A DNA stretch of 64,000 nucleotides from an uncultured Gemmatimonadaceae bacterium (GCA_963817955.1 CAWFQK010000002.1:512001-576000); one strand, 5' to 3'; positions 31,565 through 41,880 are shown, counted from the first letter of the stretch. The notes: generated by a model not told the origin, from the letters alone. Made by a program: numbers and translations.

Positions 31565-32769
31565 ACGCTTACCAGACATCGCACACGGCCAGCGACCGCT
31601 TCGACGCGTGAGGGCAAGACGCGCTGGAGCGGCGCGGGCACCGGCACATCTGGCAATTGCTCCGCTCGGATCGCAATCTCATGAAAGCCATGTACTTCCG
31701 CGAGGAGAGCTGCCCGGCGTCGAAACGCCGCGGCGCTGGACGCGTCGCCGATGATCGCATGCGCCACTGTGAGGTCCAGCATGGCACTGGCAAGGTCATA
31801 GGGTGCCGAACGAGCACACAGCTCCGTGCGACTGAGGATGTCGCTCGTAACCGTGTGCAGCAGATTGACACGGTTCAGTCGCGCAGCAGCTACAGCCAGC
31901 CCGCCCAACGCAGGCAGCAGCACGCGGTTCGGCGGATCTCGTCGCATGAGGGCAGAGAAAGCGGCGACAGCTGTCTCCGGGTGCCCGGCATCGAGGAACA
32001 CTTGTCCCATGTTTCCGAGAGCCTCCAATTCCATCGTGCCCTTTCCGACGCCGCGAGTATAGGACTGCCAGCCGTGATGAATCGCCGCAGCACAGTCACC
32101 TCGGACCGCTTCCGCGACCATGAGTGTTTGGTGCGCCTGCGATGCGAGCCCCATCAGCCCGACCTCGTCGGCGAGTGCCGCGGCCTTCTCTCCCAATGCC
32201 CGGCATCGTGGGTAATTGCCACGCATTCGTGCAACGATCGCTTGGCCGCTCCAGGCTCGCACCCGCAATTCATCGGAGTGTTCCTCGCGAGCGGCGACGC
32301 TGACGCGGCGATACCGCTCGCTCGCGACGTCAAGATCGCCACGCTTCCACGCCAGGCGGGCTCGTACGGCATTGATGCGTACGCATTCAAGGGACGAGAT
32401 CGAATGATCGGCAGCGACAAATGCGGCGAGAATGGCGTCTGCCACCTCGATGGCACCAGCATCTTCGATGCGATCGCAATAGCAACGCAATCGTCCTTCG
32501 AGCGTGTCGTCGTCCCATGGCGGTGAGGGATCGGTATAATTGCCGGCATCCCACGTCGCCCTCCCTATGGAGTTAAGGACGTTCTCCCGCACAGCGGCCA
32601 GTATCGGTCCTCGGTCGTCCTCCGGAACGAGGCTCGCGCGCTCGAGCAGTGAGCCTACGCGCAGCCAACTCCCGTCGTCCGATTCCACCAAGGCAGCATT
32701 CTGCGCATGCGTCTCGCGGTACGCGTCGAGAACTCGGCGCCTTGCAGTCCGGATCAATGTGCTTCTCAT
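31561..32769 (-). CDS. All-helical TPR-like protein (paralog of 43154-44389)
   Basis: Ala-rich helical repeats (ARLAWKRGDLDVA, ARMRGNYP, ALGNMGQVFLDAG); start 32769 or 32838. Confidence 0.75.
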   Translation of the reverse strand: MRSTLIRTARRRVLDAYRETHAQNAALVESDDGSWLRVGSLLERASLVPEDDRGPILAAVRENVLNSIGRATWDAGNYTDPSPPWDDDTLEGRLRCYCDRIEDAGAIEVADAILAAFVAADHSISSLECVRINAVRARLAWKRGDLDVASERYRRVSVAAREEHSDELRVRAWSGQAIVARMRGNYPRCRALGEKAAALADEVGLMGLASQAHQTLMVAEAVRGDCAAAIHHGWQSYTRGVGKGTMELEALGNMGQVFLDAGHPETAVAAFSALMRRDPPNRVLLPALGGLAVAAARLNRVNLLHTVTSDILSRTELCARSAPYDLASAMLDLTVAHAIIGDASSAAAFRRRAALLAEVHGFHEIAIRAEQLPDVPVPAPLQRVLPSRVEAVAGRVRCLVSV

Positions 32770-32943
32770 GCGTTCAATCTCGTCGGAGTCTGCAGCGTTC
32801 GGCAAGCGGATTGTGCACTGCAGTTCCCGATGCGGCATTGCATTTCGCGTTCACAATGCCGAATTTCGCGGTATCGTCAGAAGAGTTTGAAAGTCGGAGA
32901 TTCTGGGTGCAGTGTTTTCGAAGGCAGCGTGGAGGGAACAGAC

Positions 32944-33111
32944 ATGGGCAGACAAGTAGCGATCGTGCTTTATCTGGTGGCGATGGTCGCCGTCATAGTT
33001 GGCGTCGATGTCATGTTCTTCAGAGACCAATTCTGGAAACGGCTGATAGTGAATATTGGAATCGTCCTGGCCTTCGCCGCTTTCTACTCGAGATTTCTGA
33101 GGCATCCATAA
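32944..33111 (+). CDS. Small two-TM membrane protein (55 aa)
   Basis: GGAGGG RBS; MGRQVAIVLYLVAMVAVIVGVD..RLIVNIGIVLAFAAFY. Confidence 0.7.
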   Translation: MGRQVAIVLYLVAMVAVIVGVDVMFFRDQFWKRLIVNIGIVLAFAAFYSRFLRHP

Positions 33112-33186
33112 GCAGGGGCGACGGCGCCCTTTTCGCTCCGATGGTGCAGACGCGGTTCGACGCCCCCTCTTCCGAGAGTGCCCCCC

Positions 33187-34353
33187 ATGCACCGTACTAT
33201 CCGCTGCTGCTTCGCGATCGAGCTTGCTGCCTCTGTGCTCACGACATCTGCTTCCGCGCAGGCGCGAGAGGACCTGACGCGCGCGCTTGGCGCCGGGGTC
33301 GGGCGCACCATCACGTCGGCGCCAAGCCTCGACTCTCTTCCCTGGCGTGAAGTAGGACGCAATGACCCCTCCGGCCAGGGCGCGCCAAGATCGCCGAGGG
33401 CGCTGTGTTGGCTGGGCGACTCGCTGGTAATCGCTGACGGCTCTTCGCAACAATTGATGTTCTACACTGGCGCGGGCACGTATGTGCGCTCGATCGGCGG
33501 CCGGGGCACGGCACCTGGACTGTTCGCAGGTCTCACCATCGTGCGATGCGGAGCTGGCAAGACCGCACTCCTGGCGGCCGACTTGAGTACACACCACGTC
33601 TCATTCTTCAATTCCGCCGGAACGTTTCTACGGGTCGCCCCTACACCGAAGGTGCCACAGATCGACATTCTCGGTGAATTCGCGCTTGCATCGGATGGAT
33701 CATGGTTCGATTCGTGGCTCGGAACCGACGTGCCTTTTGGGCCTTACCTGACGGACGAGGAGTGGCAATCCACCAGACTTATCCGTCGATACGGCCCTGA
33801 TGACAAGCCACTCGGTGAGTTTGGTGCTCCCCCCATCTACTCTGATCGTGTGGCACGGCGCGTTCTGAACCGCGTCTTCTTCGCCCCGTGGCGCGATACA
33901 CTCTGGACGCTCACGCAAGGCGATGCGACTATTCGCGGCTTCACAATTGCTGGTGGGTCGGCGCCACGACCGGTTCGCCTCCCTGTGTATTATCGCGGAG
34001 CGGAACCGAAGGTCGAGATCGGCGAGGGGCACGCTGGGTCGCCGTTCCTCCCTAACAGCATGACGTTTGATCCGAACGTCGCTGGTCTTGCGATCGTGTC
34101 AGACTCCCTCTTCGCGATCGTGCACTATCGCGAATGGGGCACGCGCATGGTCGGTCCTGGATTGGACTTGAGTCTTCGCCATATTGCCAATTCGAGCATT
34201 GAAGTGGTCGATCGGCGCGGTCGCGTCGTACGCGCGTTCGACGCCCCTGGCTTTGTGCTCGCCGTCGCGTCGGATGGCAGATTACGGTTCGCGATCCTCA
34301 CACAGATGAAGGACCGCACGAGCCATGTTCTGCTCGCGCGTCTGCCTCTGTAG
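33187..34353 (+). CDS. Secreted 6-bladed beta-propeller (NHL-like) protein
   Basis: Signal peptide ending ASA-Q; LVIADG..LMFY..GTYVRSIGGRGTAPGLF blades. Confidence 0.7.
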   Translation: MHRTIRCCFAIELAASVLTTSASAQAREDLTRALGAGVGRTITSAPSLDSLPWREVGRNDPSGQGAPRSPRALCWLGDSLVIADGSSQQLMFYTGAGTYVRSIGGRGTAPGLFAGLTIVRCGAGKTALLAADLSTHHVSFFNSAGTFLRVAPTPKVPQIDILGEFALASDGSWFDSWLGTDVPFGPYLTDEEWQSTRLIRRYGPDDKPLGEFGAPPIYSDRVARRVLNRVFFAPWRDTLWTLTQGDATIRGFTIAGGSAPRPVRLPVYYRGAEPKVEIGEGHAGSPFLPNSMTFDPNVAGLAIVSDSLFAIVHYREWGTRMVGPGLDLSLRHIANSSIEVVDRRGRVVRAFDAPGFVLAVASDGRLRFAILTQMKDRTSHVLLARLPL

Positions 34354-34380
34354 CTGGCGCAATCGGTCCAAGGAACTCAC

Positions 34381-36750
34381 ATGGTAGCTGATCTCCGCGT
34401 CGCTCTGCGTGCGCTCAGAAGGGCGCCGTCATTCGCCGTTGCTTGCATTCTGTCACTTTCGCTCGGTGTCGGCCTGAATGGAACGGTGTTCGCGGTGATC
34501 GATGCCGCGATGCTCCGACCGCCGCCATATCACCGGCCGGATCGTCTGCTCACCTTGCAGGACAATCTGCAGGTGCCGGACAACTACCTGCTCTCATTCG
34601 ACGAATATTCGGGACTTCGAGCATCAGCGAAAAGTTTCATCGTCGTGGGCGCCTTTCGAGCGGGAATGGGCAACCGCTATGCGCTGCAACTCGACCCCGA
34701 TGTCGCAAAGACATCAGGAATGGCGGTGACGGCAAGCGCGTTCAGCGGGCTGCACATTGCTCCACTCGCCGGCCGTCTGTTTCAGGCGGACGATGAGCGA
34801 GCTGGCGCCCCGCCTGTCGTCATCATCGGGAGCGGTCTGTGGCATCGCGTTTTTGGCGGCACCTCGAGCGCGATTGGCTCGACGATTCGAGTTGACGGAC
34901 GTCCGCACACGATCATTGGAGTGATGCCGGAGGGATTCTGGTTCCCAACATGGAGCCAGGAATTCTGGACTGCCCTGTCCCCCGAAGCGAATCACTTTGC
35001 CAGAACCGAACGCTCACTGTCTGTCATCGCAAGGCTCCGTGATGGCGTGCCCACACAAACCGGTGCAGCGGAGCTCGAGCAGTTCGGCAGGCGACTCGAC
35101 GGGCCGGGCAATCCGCGCGAACGCCGTTGGTGGCGCGTCATGACGTTTGCCGACGCCGTGCATCCGGGAGACGCACGACAGGTGCTCGCGCTTCAGGTCG
35201 TTGCTGCCGCCGTCTTGCTGCTGGCCTGCATCAATGTGTCGAACCTGATGCTCGTGCGCCTCATCTTGCGCCGACGTGACACGGTCATCCGATCCGCACT
35301 CGGCGCATCACGATGGCTCGTCATCCGCCCTTTTCTCGCCGAGAGCGCTTGGCTCGCCGTCGCCGTCGCAATCGTGAGCGGTGCCTTCTCGTTCGGTGCA
35401 TTGCGGCTCATCGTCGCCACTTTCGATCGGGCAATGTTAGGCGAGATGATTCTGGGTGGCGGCACTCACATTGTGCTCTTCTCCCTGGCTGGAGCTTTGC
35501 TCGCCATCCTGCTCTGCGTGACGGGGCCGCTAGTCCAGACCGTGCGAGGCACTGCGTTCCCGGCCATTCGTGAAGGAGGTGGCGCTTCTGGCTTCGGGCG
35601 AATGACGCAGCGCATGCGACGAGGTGCCGTAGCGCTGCAGATTGCCTTCTCGCTGGCGTTGTGCTCGAGCAGCACGATGTTGGTTGGTGCACTTCGGGAC
35701 GCAACCCGCTGGAATCCCGGGTTTCCGGCTGAGGGGTTGCTCGTCGTGCCCGCGCGCGCGCTCACGGATGGTACGGCAGCTGCGGTGAGTGGAGCGTTGG
35801 TAATGGACCGACTCAAGATGGTTCCCGGTGTCGCCCATGTCGCGTTCTCCAGAAGTATGATCGTGCCGGAGGGCCGAATCATCTCTGACGCTCAAACCGA
35901 AACGAGTGACTGTTCCTGCCAAGCTGTAAGTGCCGACATCGTCGCGACGCTCGGTGTTCAATTGCGACAGGGGCGGACGTTCGCCGCGTCAGACATCCAT
36001 GGTGAACCGGTGGCTACCATCGACGAACGTCTCGCGCGGCGCCTTTGGCCGTCGACGACCGCCATTGGACGACGGCTGAAGATGGGTGAACGCGGCCCGT
36101 GGATTACGGTCATCGGCGAGTTCGCGCGCACGGACTTCTCGCGTCCATCAGCGGACCGAATGGTACCCCCTCAACCAGGCATGTTTGTCCTCACCTCGCC
36201 GGACTCGCTCACACGAGGTTCGATCTTTGTCCGCAGCGAGCATGGCACCTCCGCAGCGCTTGCCGTCCAATCCACGCTCGCGACAATCACGTCGGACCGA
36301 GCGGCGCGTTCGTTGATGCCAATGACGCGCATTCTCGATGCAACGCTTACACCCCTTCGCACATATCGACAACTGTTCGGCCTTCTCGCTGTACTCGCGC
36401 TCACGCTTTCGATTACCGGTCTCCACGGCGTGCTTGGCTACCACGTGATCTCGAGCAGTCGCGAATATGGCATCCGCGCTGCCCTTGGCGCTTCACCAGG
36501 AAGCCTATTCCGGTTGGTCGTCACTGATGCCTCTTGGTTGTTGACGGGAGGGATCCTGCTCGGATCGCTCCTTGCGATCATGACCGGCCGCCTGGTCTCG
36601 AGCGTGTTGCTGAGTGAGAACCGCAGCGTCATGATACCGCTCGCGCTTTCCGCGGCCGTCCTGTTGGTCGCATGCATGGGAACGGTCTTCGGGCCAGCAC
36701 TGCGTGCTGGTCGCGCCTCTCCCATTGAGGCGATTCGCGAGCAGGTGTGA
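34381..36750 (+). CDS. ADOP/MacB-FtsX duplicated ABC permease (divergent)
   Basis: LSLGVGLNGTVF, IIGVMPEGF, LLLACINVSNLML, REYGIRAALGA. Confidence 0.9.
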   Translation: MVADLRVALRALRRAPSFAVACILSLSLGVGLNGTVFAVIDAAMLRPPPYHRPDRLLTLQDNLQVPDNYLLSFDEYSGLRASAKSFIVVGAFRAGMGNRYALQLDPDVAKTSGMAVTASAFSGLHIAPLAGRLFQADDERAGAPPVVIIGSGLWHRVFGGTSSAIGSTIRVDGRPHTIIGVMPEGFWFPTWSQEFWTALSPEANHFARTERSLSVIARLRDGVPTQTGAAELEQFGRRLDGPGNPRERRWWRVMTFADAVHPGDARQVLALQVVAAAVLLLACINVSNLMLVRLILRRRDTVIRSALGASRWLVIRPFLAESAWLAVAVAIVSGAFSFGALRLIVATFDRAMLGEMILGGGTHIVLFSLAGALLAILLCVTGPLVQTVRGTAFPAIREGGGASGFGRMTQRMRRGAVALQIAFSLALCSSSTMLVGALRDATRWNPGFPAEGLLVVPARALTDGTAAAVSGALVMDRLKMVPGVAHVAFSRSMIVPEGRIISDAQTETSDCSCQAVSADIVATLGVQLRQGRTFAASDIHGEPVATIDERLARRLWPSTTAIGRRLKMGERGPWITVIGEFARTDFSRPSADRMVPPQPGMFVLTSPDSLTRGSIFVRSEHGTSAALAVQSTLATITSDRAARSLMPMTRILDATLTPLRTYRQLFGLLAVLALTLSITGLHGVLGYHVISSSREYGIRAALGASPGSLFRLVVTDASWLLTGGILLGSLLAIMTGRLVSSVLLSENRSVMIPLALSAAVLLVACMGTVFGPALRAGRASPIEAIREQV

Positions 36751-36811
36751 CCAGGCGGCCCGCGCGCATCGGTAGTTCGTAGACTGGTTCTCCGGCCGGA
36801 GGGCGGCCTGA

Positions 36812-36840
36812 TTGCCATCTGCCACGTTACACCTTACACT
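36812..36840 (+). promoter_or_regulatory. Putative sigma70 promoter giving a leaderless higBA mRNA
   Basis: TTGCCA-17-TACACT, ATG 5 nt downstream, no SD. Confidence 0.55.
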
Positions 36841-36845
36841 TCGAG

Positions 36846-37127
36846 ATGGCGATCATCCGGTTCAGACACAAGGGTCTGGGGCGCTTCTTTGCTGAGGGCT
36901 CGACTGCCGGGATTCAGAGCGAGCATGCAATCAGGCTCCGTTTGATTCTTGGCCGACTCAGTGTGGCCGCCGAACCGCGAGATATGGGCCTCCCCGGGCT
37001 TGCACTGCATCCGTTGAAGGGCGCCCGCCGTGGGACGTGGGCCGTGGGTGTCAGCGGCAACTGGCGAGTGACGTTTCGATTTGAGGGGCCGGACGCCACG
37101 GACGTCGACTACGAGGATTATCACTAG
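36846..37127 (+). CDS. higB: HigB (RelE-like) toxin
   Basis: FRHKGL..LHPLKG..WAVGVSGNWRVTFRF..VDYEDYH. Confidence 0.95.
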   Translation: MAIIRFRHKGLGRFFAEGSTAGIQSEHAIRLRLILGRLSVAAEPRDMGLPGLALHPLKGARRGTWAVGVSGNWRVTFRFEGPDATDVDYEDYH

Positions 37128-37424
37128 ATGAAGCCGCTCCGTATGCACCAGCCGCCGCACCCGGGCGAGATTCTCCGCGAACTCTGTTTGGCTCCCTTGG
37201 CGCTCAGCGTCACGGAGGCCGCCGAAGCCCTCGGGGTGAGTCGCAACACACTGTCTGCCATTCTGAACGGGCGCGCGGGCATCAGCCCCGAGATGGCCGT
37301 CCGGTTGTCCATCGCGTTCAACACCACGGCGGAGAGTTGGTTACACCAGCAGATGCAGTACGATCTGTGGCTGGCTGAGCGATCGCGAAAACGGCTCCGG
37401 GTTCGCAAACTCGCCGCGGCGTAG
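37128..37424 (+). CDS. higA: HigA antitoxin
   Basis: [44 protein letters not shown]. Confidence 0.95.
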   Translation: MKPLRMHQPPHPGEILRELCLAPLALSVTEAAEALGVSRNTLSAILNGRAGISPEMAVRLSIAFNTTAESWLHQQMQYDLWLAERSRKRLRVRKLAAA

Positions 37425-37541
37425 TCGATTCCGCGAGCCTCCGCCGCGCATTGGCATCGGCCCGCGCCACGGGCGTATATTGCTCGTCCCGCCACACGCT
37501 CCAGACACCCGGTCGGCTCACACACCGGAGAATCGTTCGCC

Positions 37542-38222
37542 ATGTCCGCCCATCCCAAGCTCGGCTTTCGCGTGCTCGCGTCGCCTCCGCGCCTCGACCC
37601 TGCCCTCGTCGAGCGCTTCCGCGGACTCGCATCGTCGAACCTCGCCGACGCCATGGGTCGCTTCAACTTCATGGACGCGGGAATTCGGCAGCGTACCGGA
37701 CTCCCGCTCTGCGGCCTCGCCGTAACCGTGAACGCGCGACCCGCCGACAACCTCATGATTCACAAGGCGCTCGCCGTCGCCGCGCCCGGCGATATCGTCG
37801 TCGTCAATACGTGCGGCAATACCACGAGCGCGGTGTTCGGAGAACTCATGTGCACCACCGCCGCGGCCAAAGGCATTGGTGGTATCATCATTGACGGCGC
37901 CATTCGCGACGTGCCGGCGATCGCCGCGCTGGGAATGTCGGCGTACAGCCGCACGGTGTGTCCGGGCGGATGTGACAAAGACGGTCCGGGCGAGATCAAT
38001 GTGCCCATCAGTTGCGGGGGCACGGTGGTCATGCCAGGCGACATCGTCGTCGGCGACGAGGACGGCGTCGCCGTGGTGCCGCGCGAACACGCGGAGGAGG
38101 TGCTCGGCCTCGTGACGGCGCTCCAAGTGCGCGAACAGAAGCGAATCGCCGAGATCCACGGGGGATTGCTCTTCCGCCCGGACGTGGACGAGCTGCTGCG
38201 TAAGAAAGGTGTGATCGAGTGA
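37542..38222 (+). CDS. RraA/HMG-CHA aldolase family protein
   Basis: ADNLMIHKAL, FGELM, IDGAIRD, PGDIVVGDEDGV. Confidence 0.9.
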   Translation: MSAHPKLGFRVLASPPRLDPALVERFRGLASSNLADAMGRFNFMDAGIRQRTGLPLCGLAVTVNARPADNLMIHKALAVAAPGDIVVVNTCGNTTSAVFGELMCTTAAAKGIGGIIIDGAIRDVPAIAALGMSAYSRTVCPGGCDKDGPGEINVPISCGGTVVMPGDIVVGDEDGVAVVPREHAEEVLGLVTALQVREQKRIAEIHGGLLFRPDVDELLRKKGVIE

Positions 38223-39331
38223 CCGGGGAGTCTGCCCCTGTGCTGCTGATGACGCCCGGCCCCACTCGCGTACCGGAGCGCGTGCTGCATGCCGGCGCGC
38301 GCCCCATGATCCATCACCGCACCCCAGAGTTCTCGCGCGAGCTCGCCACGGTGCTCGAACTCCTACCGGCGCTCTTCGGTACCGCGGCCACGCCGCTCCC
38401 GGTGCACACCACGGGACGTGGGGCCATGGAAGCCGCGCTCTGCAATGTCCTCTCGCCTGGCGACGAGATCGTGGTCACCTGTCACGGCAAATTCGGCGAG
38501 ATGTGGGCGCGCATCGCCGAGTCGCACGGACTCGTGGTGCACCGCATTGCCACCGATTGGGAGCGCGTACTCGAAGTGCCACACCTCGAGCAGGCGCTCG
38601 CGGAGCATCCAGGGGTACGCGCCGTCGCGTTCGCCCACGGCGAGACGTCCACCGGCGTGGCGAACGACGTCGCTGCCCTGGCGCGTGTGGCGCGCGCGCA
38701 CGGGGTGTTGACGTTGGTGGACGGCGTGTCGTCGATCGGCGGAATGCCATTCGCGTTCGATGAGTGGGAAGTGGACGTCGCGGTCGTCGCGACGCAGAAG
38801 TGCCTGATGTGCGGCCCCGGCCTCTCGTTCGTCGTGCTCAGCGATCGCGCATGGGCTGCGAATGCCTCGGCCCGGCTGCCGCATGAGTATTGGAACTTCG
38901 CCGCCACGCGACGTGAGGTCTCCAAGCCCAAACCGGAAACGCCGGGCACGCCCCCGGTGCAAATCGTGCTCGAGGTAGCCGAGTCGTTGCGCCTGATTCA
39001 CGAAGAGGGTGTTGAGAACGTCTGGCGCCGGCACGAGCAGATGGCGGACCTGGCGTCTCGCGGCGTGACCAGCCTGGGACTCTCGCTACAATGTCCGCAA
39101 CTCACTCGCCGGTCGACGACGCTCACCACGGTCGCACTCCCGCCCACGCTCGCGCCGCAGCGCGTGCGTGAAGGGCTCAAGGCACGGGGCATTCTCGTCG
39201 CCGGCGGGCTCGGGCACTATGCCACAGAGTGTATCCGTATAGGACACATGGGCGACATCCGCGTGAGCGATGTCGAGCACACGTTGGCGGCGTTGCAGAT
39301 CGTGCTGGGCGAGCTCGGCGCCTCTTCATGA
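38219..39331 (+). CDS. Class V aminotransferase (alanine-glyoxylate/serine-pyruvate type)
   Basis: LMTPGPT, HHRTPEF, HGETSTGV, VDGVSS, TQKCL (PLP lysine), RIGHMG. Confidence 0.93.
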   Translation: MTGESAPVLLMTPGPTRVPERVLHAGARPMIHHRTPEFSRELATVLELLPALFGTAATPLPVHTTGRGAMEAALCNVLSPGDEIVVTCHGKFGEMWARIAESHGLVVHRIATDWERVLEVPHLEQALAEHPGVRAVAFAHGETSTGVANDVAALARVARAHGVLTLVDGVSSIGGMPFAFDEWEVDVAVVATQKCLMCGPGLSFVVLSDRAWAANASARLPHEYWNFAATRREVSKPKPETPGTPPVQIVLEVAESLRLIHEEGVENVWRRHEQMADLASRGVTSLGLSLQCPQLTRRSTTLTTVALPPTLAPQRVREGLKARGILVAGGLGHYATECIRIGHMGDIRVSDVEHTLAALQIVLGELGASS

Positions 39332-40596
39332 AGCTCCAAACACAGATCTTTGCCGGTGTCGTCGCCGGCGCAGCAGTGGGCGCACTGGCCCGGCTGCCGG
39401 ATCTGTCGCCGCTCGCGCGCGCGGTGTTCGCCGTGGAACCGGTCGGCCTGGTGTTCATACGCCTCATCACGATGGTCGTGGTGCCGCTCGTGATCGCAAG
39501 TTTGTTCACTGCTGTCGCCTCGCTCGGCGATCCACGCCGGCTTGGCCGGCTCGGGCTGCGCACCTTCGCGTTCTTCCTTGGCACTACCTTCGCCGCGGCG
39601 GCAATCGGCCTCGCTGTCGCCGTTGCGGCGAACATCGGCGCCGGACTCGCGCCCGCGGTACGCGACGCGATCTCGAGCCGGTTTCAGACCGAAGCGTCGA
39701 GCGTCGGCGCAGTGGCGGCGGCGGCACCCGGACTCGTGCCGACGCTCGTCAATATGGTGCCGCAAAATCCCTTCACTGCCGCGGCGCAGGGCGAGCTGCT
39801 GCCGCTCATCATTGCCGTCCTGATCTTTGCCGCCGCGACGACGGTCATCGCCGAGGAACGGCGTCGTCCGCTCGTGGCGTTCTTCGAGAGCGTGAACGAC
39901 GTGTCGATGGTGGTGATTCGGTGGATGATGCGCATTGCCCCGGTAGCCATCTTCGTTCTCCTGGCCGTCACCGTGGCGCGATCGGGAGTCGATCTCCTCG
40001 CTAGCCTCGCTGGTTACGCGCTGACGGTGGTGCTGGCGCTGGCGCTCCACGTGCTCGTCGTGCTCACCCCTGCCCTGCTACTCGGCGCCCGCGTGCGGAT
40101 CGCCACGTTCACGCGTGCCGTGTCCGACGCGTTGGTGCTGGCATTCTCGACGTCGTCGTCGAGCGTGGCGCTGCCGGTGAGCATGGCGGCAGCCACGGAG
40201 CGACTCGGTGCCTCGAACCAGGTTGCGGCGTTCGTGCTGCCCGCGGGAGCAACGCTCAACAAGAACGGAGCCGCCGTCTACAAGGCAGCCACGGCAGTGT
40301 TCCTGGCGCACCTCTACGGCGTGCCGTTGGGCGCCGGTGTGCTGTTCACTATTCTCATAACGACCGTCGTCGCGTCATCGGCCGGTGCCGGCGTGCCGGG
40401 CAGTTCGCTGGTCACGACGCTCATCGTGCTCAACGCCATCGGGCTCGGCCCGCACGCCGCTGCGGGCATCGCGCTTGTGGCGGGGATCGACCGGCCGATC
40501 GACATGTGCCGCAGCGTCGTGAACACCTTGAGCAATCTCGTGGGCACGGCCTGGATCGCCCGCGCCGAGCGCGTGAGTCTGCCGGTGGTGGTATAG
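39328..40596 (+). CDS. Dicarboxylate/amino acid:cation symporter (DAACS, GltP/DctA family)
   Basis: AFSTSSSSVALP, LPAGATLNKNG, AGVPGSS, IDRPIDMCRSVVN; ATG 39328 overlaps the upstream stop. Confidence 0.93.
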   Translation: MKLQTQIFAGVVAGAAVGALARLPDLSPLARAVFAVEPVGLVFIRLITMVVVPLVIASLFTAVASLGDPRRLGRLGLRTFAFFLGTTFAAAAIGLAVAVAANIGAGLAPAVRDAISSRFQTEASSVGAVAAAAPGLVPTLVNMVPQNPFTAAAQGELLPLIIAVLIFAAATTVIAEERRRPLVAFFESVNDVSMVVIRWMMRIAPVAIFVLLAVTVARSGVDLLASLAGYALTVVLALALHVLVVLTPALLLGARVRIATFTRAVSDALVLAFSTSSSSVALPVSMAAATERLGASNQVAAFVLPAGATLNKNGAAVYKAATAVFLAHLYGVPLGAGVLFTILITTVVASSAGAGVPGSSLVTTLIVLNAIGLGPHAAAGIALVAGIDRPIDMCRSVVNTLSNLVGTAWIARAERVSLPVVV

Positions 40597-40605
40597 AGAA
40601 CACAC

Positions 40606-41880
40606 ATGTCCCGCCTCACGATCAGCGAGAAGATCCTTTCGGCGAAGTCGGCCGACCAGCGTGAAGCACGCGCCGGCGACACCGTCGTGTGCACGGCAGA
40701 CCTCGTGCTCGGCACCGACGGCTCGGCACCCATGGCAATCGATTACTTCGAGCAGATGGGCGGCACCTCGCTCGCGCATCCGGAGCGTGTCGTGTTCTCG
40801 CTCGACCACTACGCGCCGCCGTCAACGGCCGCTACGGCACGCTTCCACGATCGCATCCGTGCCTTTTCCGTGCGAACGGGTGCGAGGGTGATCGAGGTAG
40901 GACAGGGCATCAGTCACCAGATTGTCGTCGAGCGGGCACTGGTGAGACCTGGACAGCTCGTGGTAGGCGCCGATAGCCACACCGTGACCGCCGCGGCACT
41001 CGACCTGTTTGCTGCTGGCATCGGCTCGTCGGACCTCGCCGCGGCCATGCTCACCGGCAAGGTGTGGCTCCGGGTACCGGAGACGATTCTCGTCGTACTC
41101 TCCGGCCAGCTCCGCGCGCCCGCCCTGGCGAAGGACGCAGCGCTCGCCCTCGTGGGCATGCTCGGCGGCGAGGGGGCGAACTACCGCGCGCTCGAGTTTG
41201 CCGGCGCTGGCGTGGACACGCTCACGGTGGACGATAGGCTGGTGTTCAGCAACATGCTCGTCGAGTGCGGCGCAAAGACGGCGATCTTTCCGTGCGATGG
41301 ACGAACGGCCGAGTATCTGGCACGGCGCGGCGTCACGGATGTAACGCCCGTGACAGCCGACGCCGGCGCGCGATATCTGCGTCGTATGGAGCTCGACCTC
41401 TCTGCCATCGTGCCGATGATTGCGCTGCCGCACCAACCCGACAACGTCGTGCCACTCGCGCAAGCAGTGGGCACGCCCGTACACATGGTGTTCCTGGGCA
41501 CCTGCACCGGCGGCCGCGTATCGGACTATCACGAAGCCCTCGCGGTCATCGAGCGTTGCGGCGGCGCCATCGCGCGCGGCGTACAGCTGGTGGTGACTCC
41601 CGCGTCACGCGACATCTACCTCCAGCTCATGCTCGACGGTTCGCTGTCGAAATTCGCCGAGCTGGGCGCGATCATCACGACGCCTGGATGCGGCGCGTGC
41701 TGTGGCACGAGCGGCGTGATTCCTGGTGACGGCATGACGGTGGTGTCCACCGCGAACCGCAACTTCAAGGCACGCATGGGCAACGCAACCGCATCGATCT
41801 ACCTCGCGTCGCCGGCCGCGTGTGCTGCGGCCGCGGCCAGCGGCCGGATCGCTAATCCTGAAGATTGGAGCGCACCGTGA
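40606..41880 (+). CDS. Aconitase-family hydratase/isomerase large subunit (LeuC/HacA type)
   Basis: DH, GISHQ, GADSHT, GTCTGGR, PGCGAC, STANRNF. Confidence 0.93.
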   Translation: MSRLTISEKILSAKSADQREARAGDTVVCTADLVLGTDGSAPMAIDYFEQMGGTSLAHPERVVFSLDHYAPPSTAATARFHDRIRAFSVRTGARVIEVGQGISHQIVVERALVRPGQLVVGADSHTVTAAALDLFAAGIGSSDLAAAMLTGKVWLRVPETILVVLSGQLRAPALAKDAALALVGMLGGEGANYRALEFAGAGVDTLTVDDRLVFSNMLVECGAKTAIFPCDGRTAEYLARRGVTDVTPVTADAGARYLRRMELDLSAIVPMIALPHQPDNVVPLAQAVGTPVHMVFLGTCTGGRVSDYHEALAVIERCGGAIARGVQLVVTPASRDIYLQLMLDGSLSKFAELGAIITTPGCGACCGTSGVIPGDGMTVVSTANRNFKARMGNATASIYLASPAACAAAAASGRIANPEDWSAP

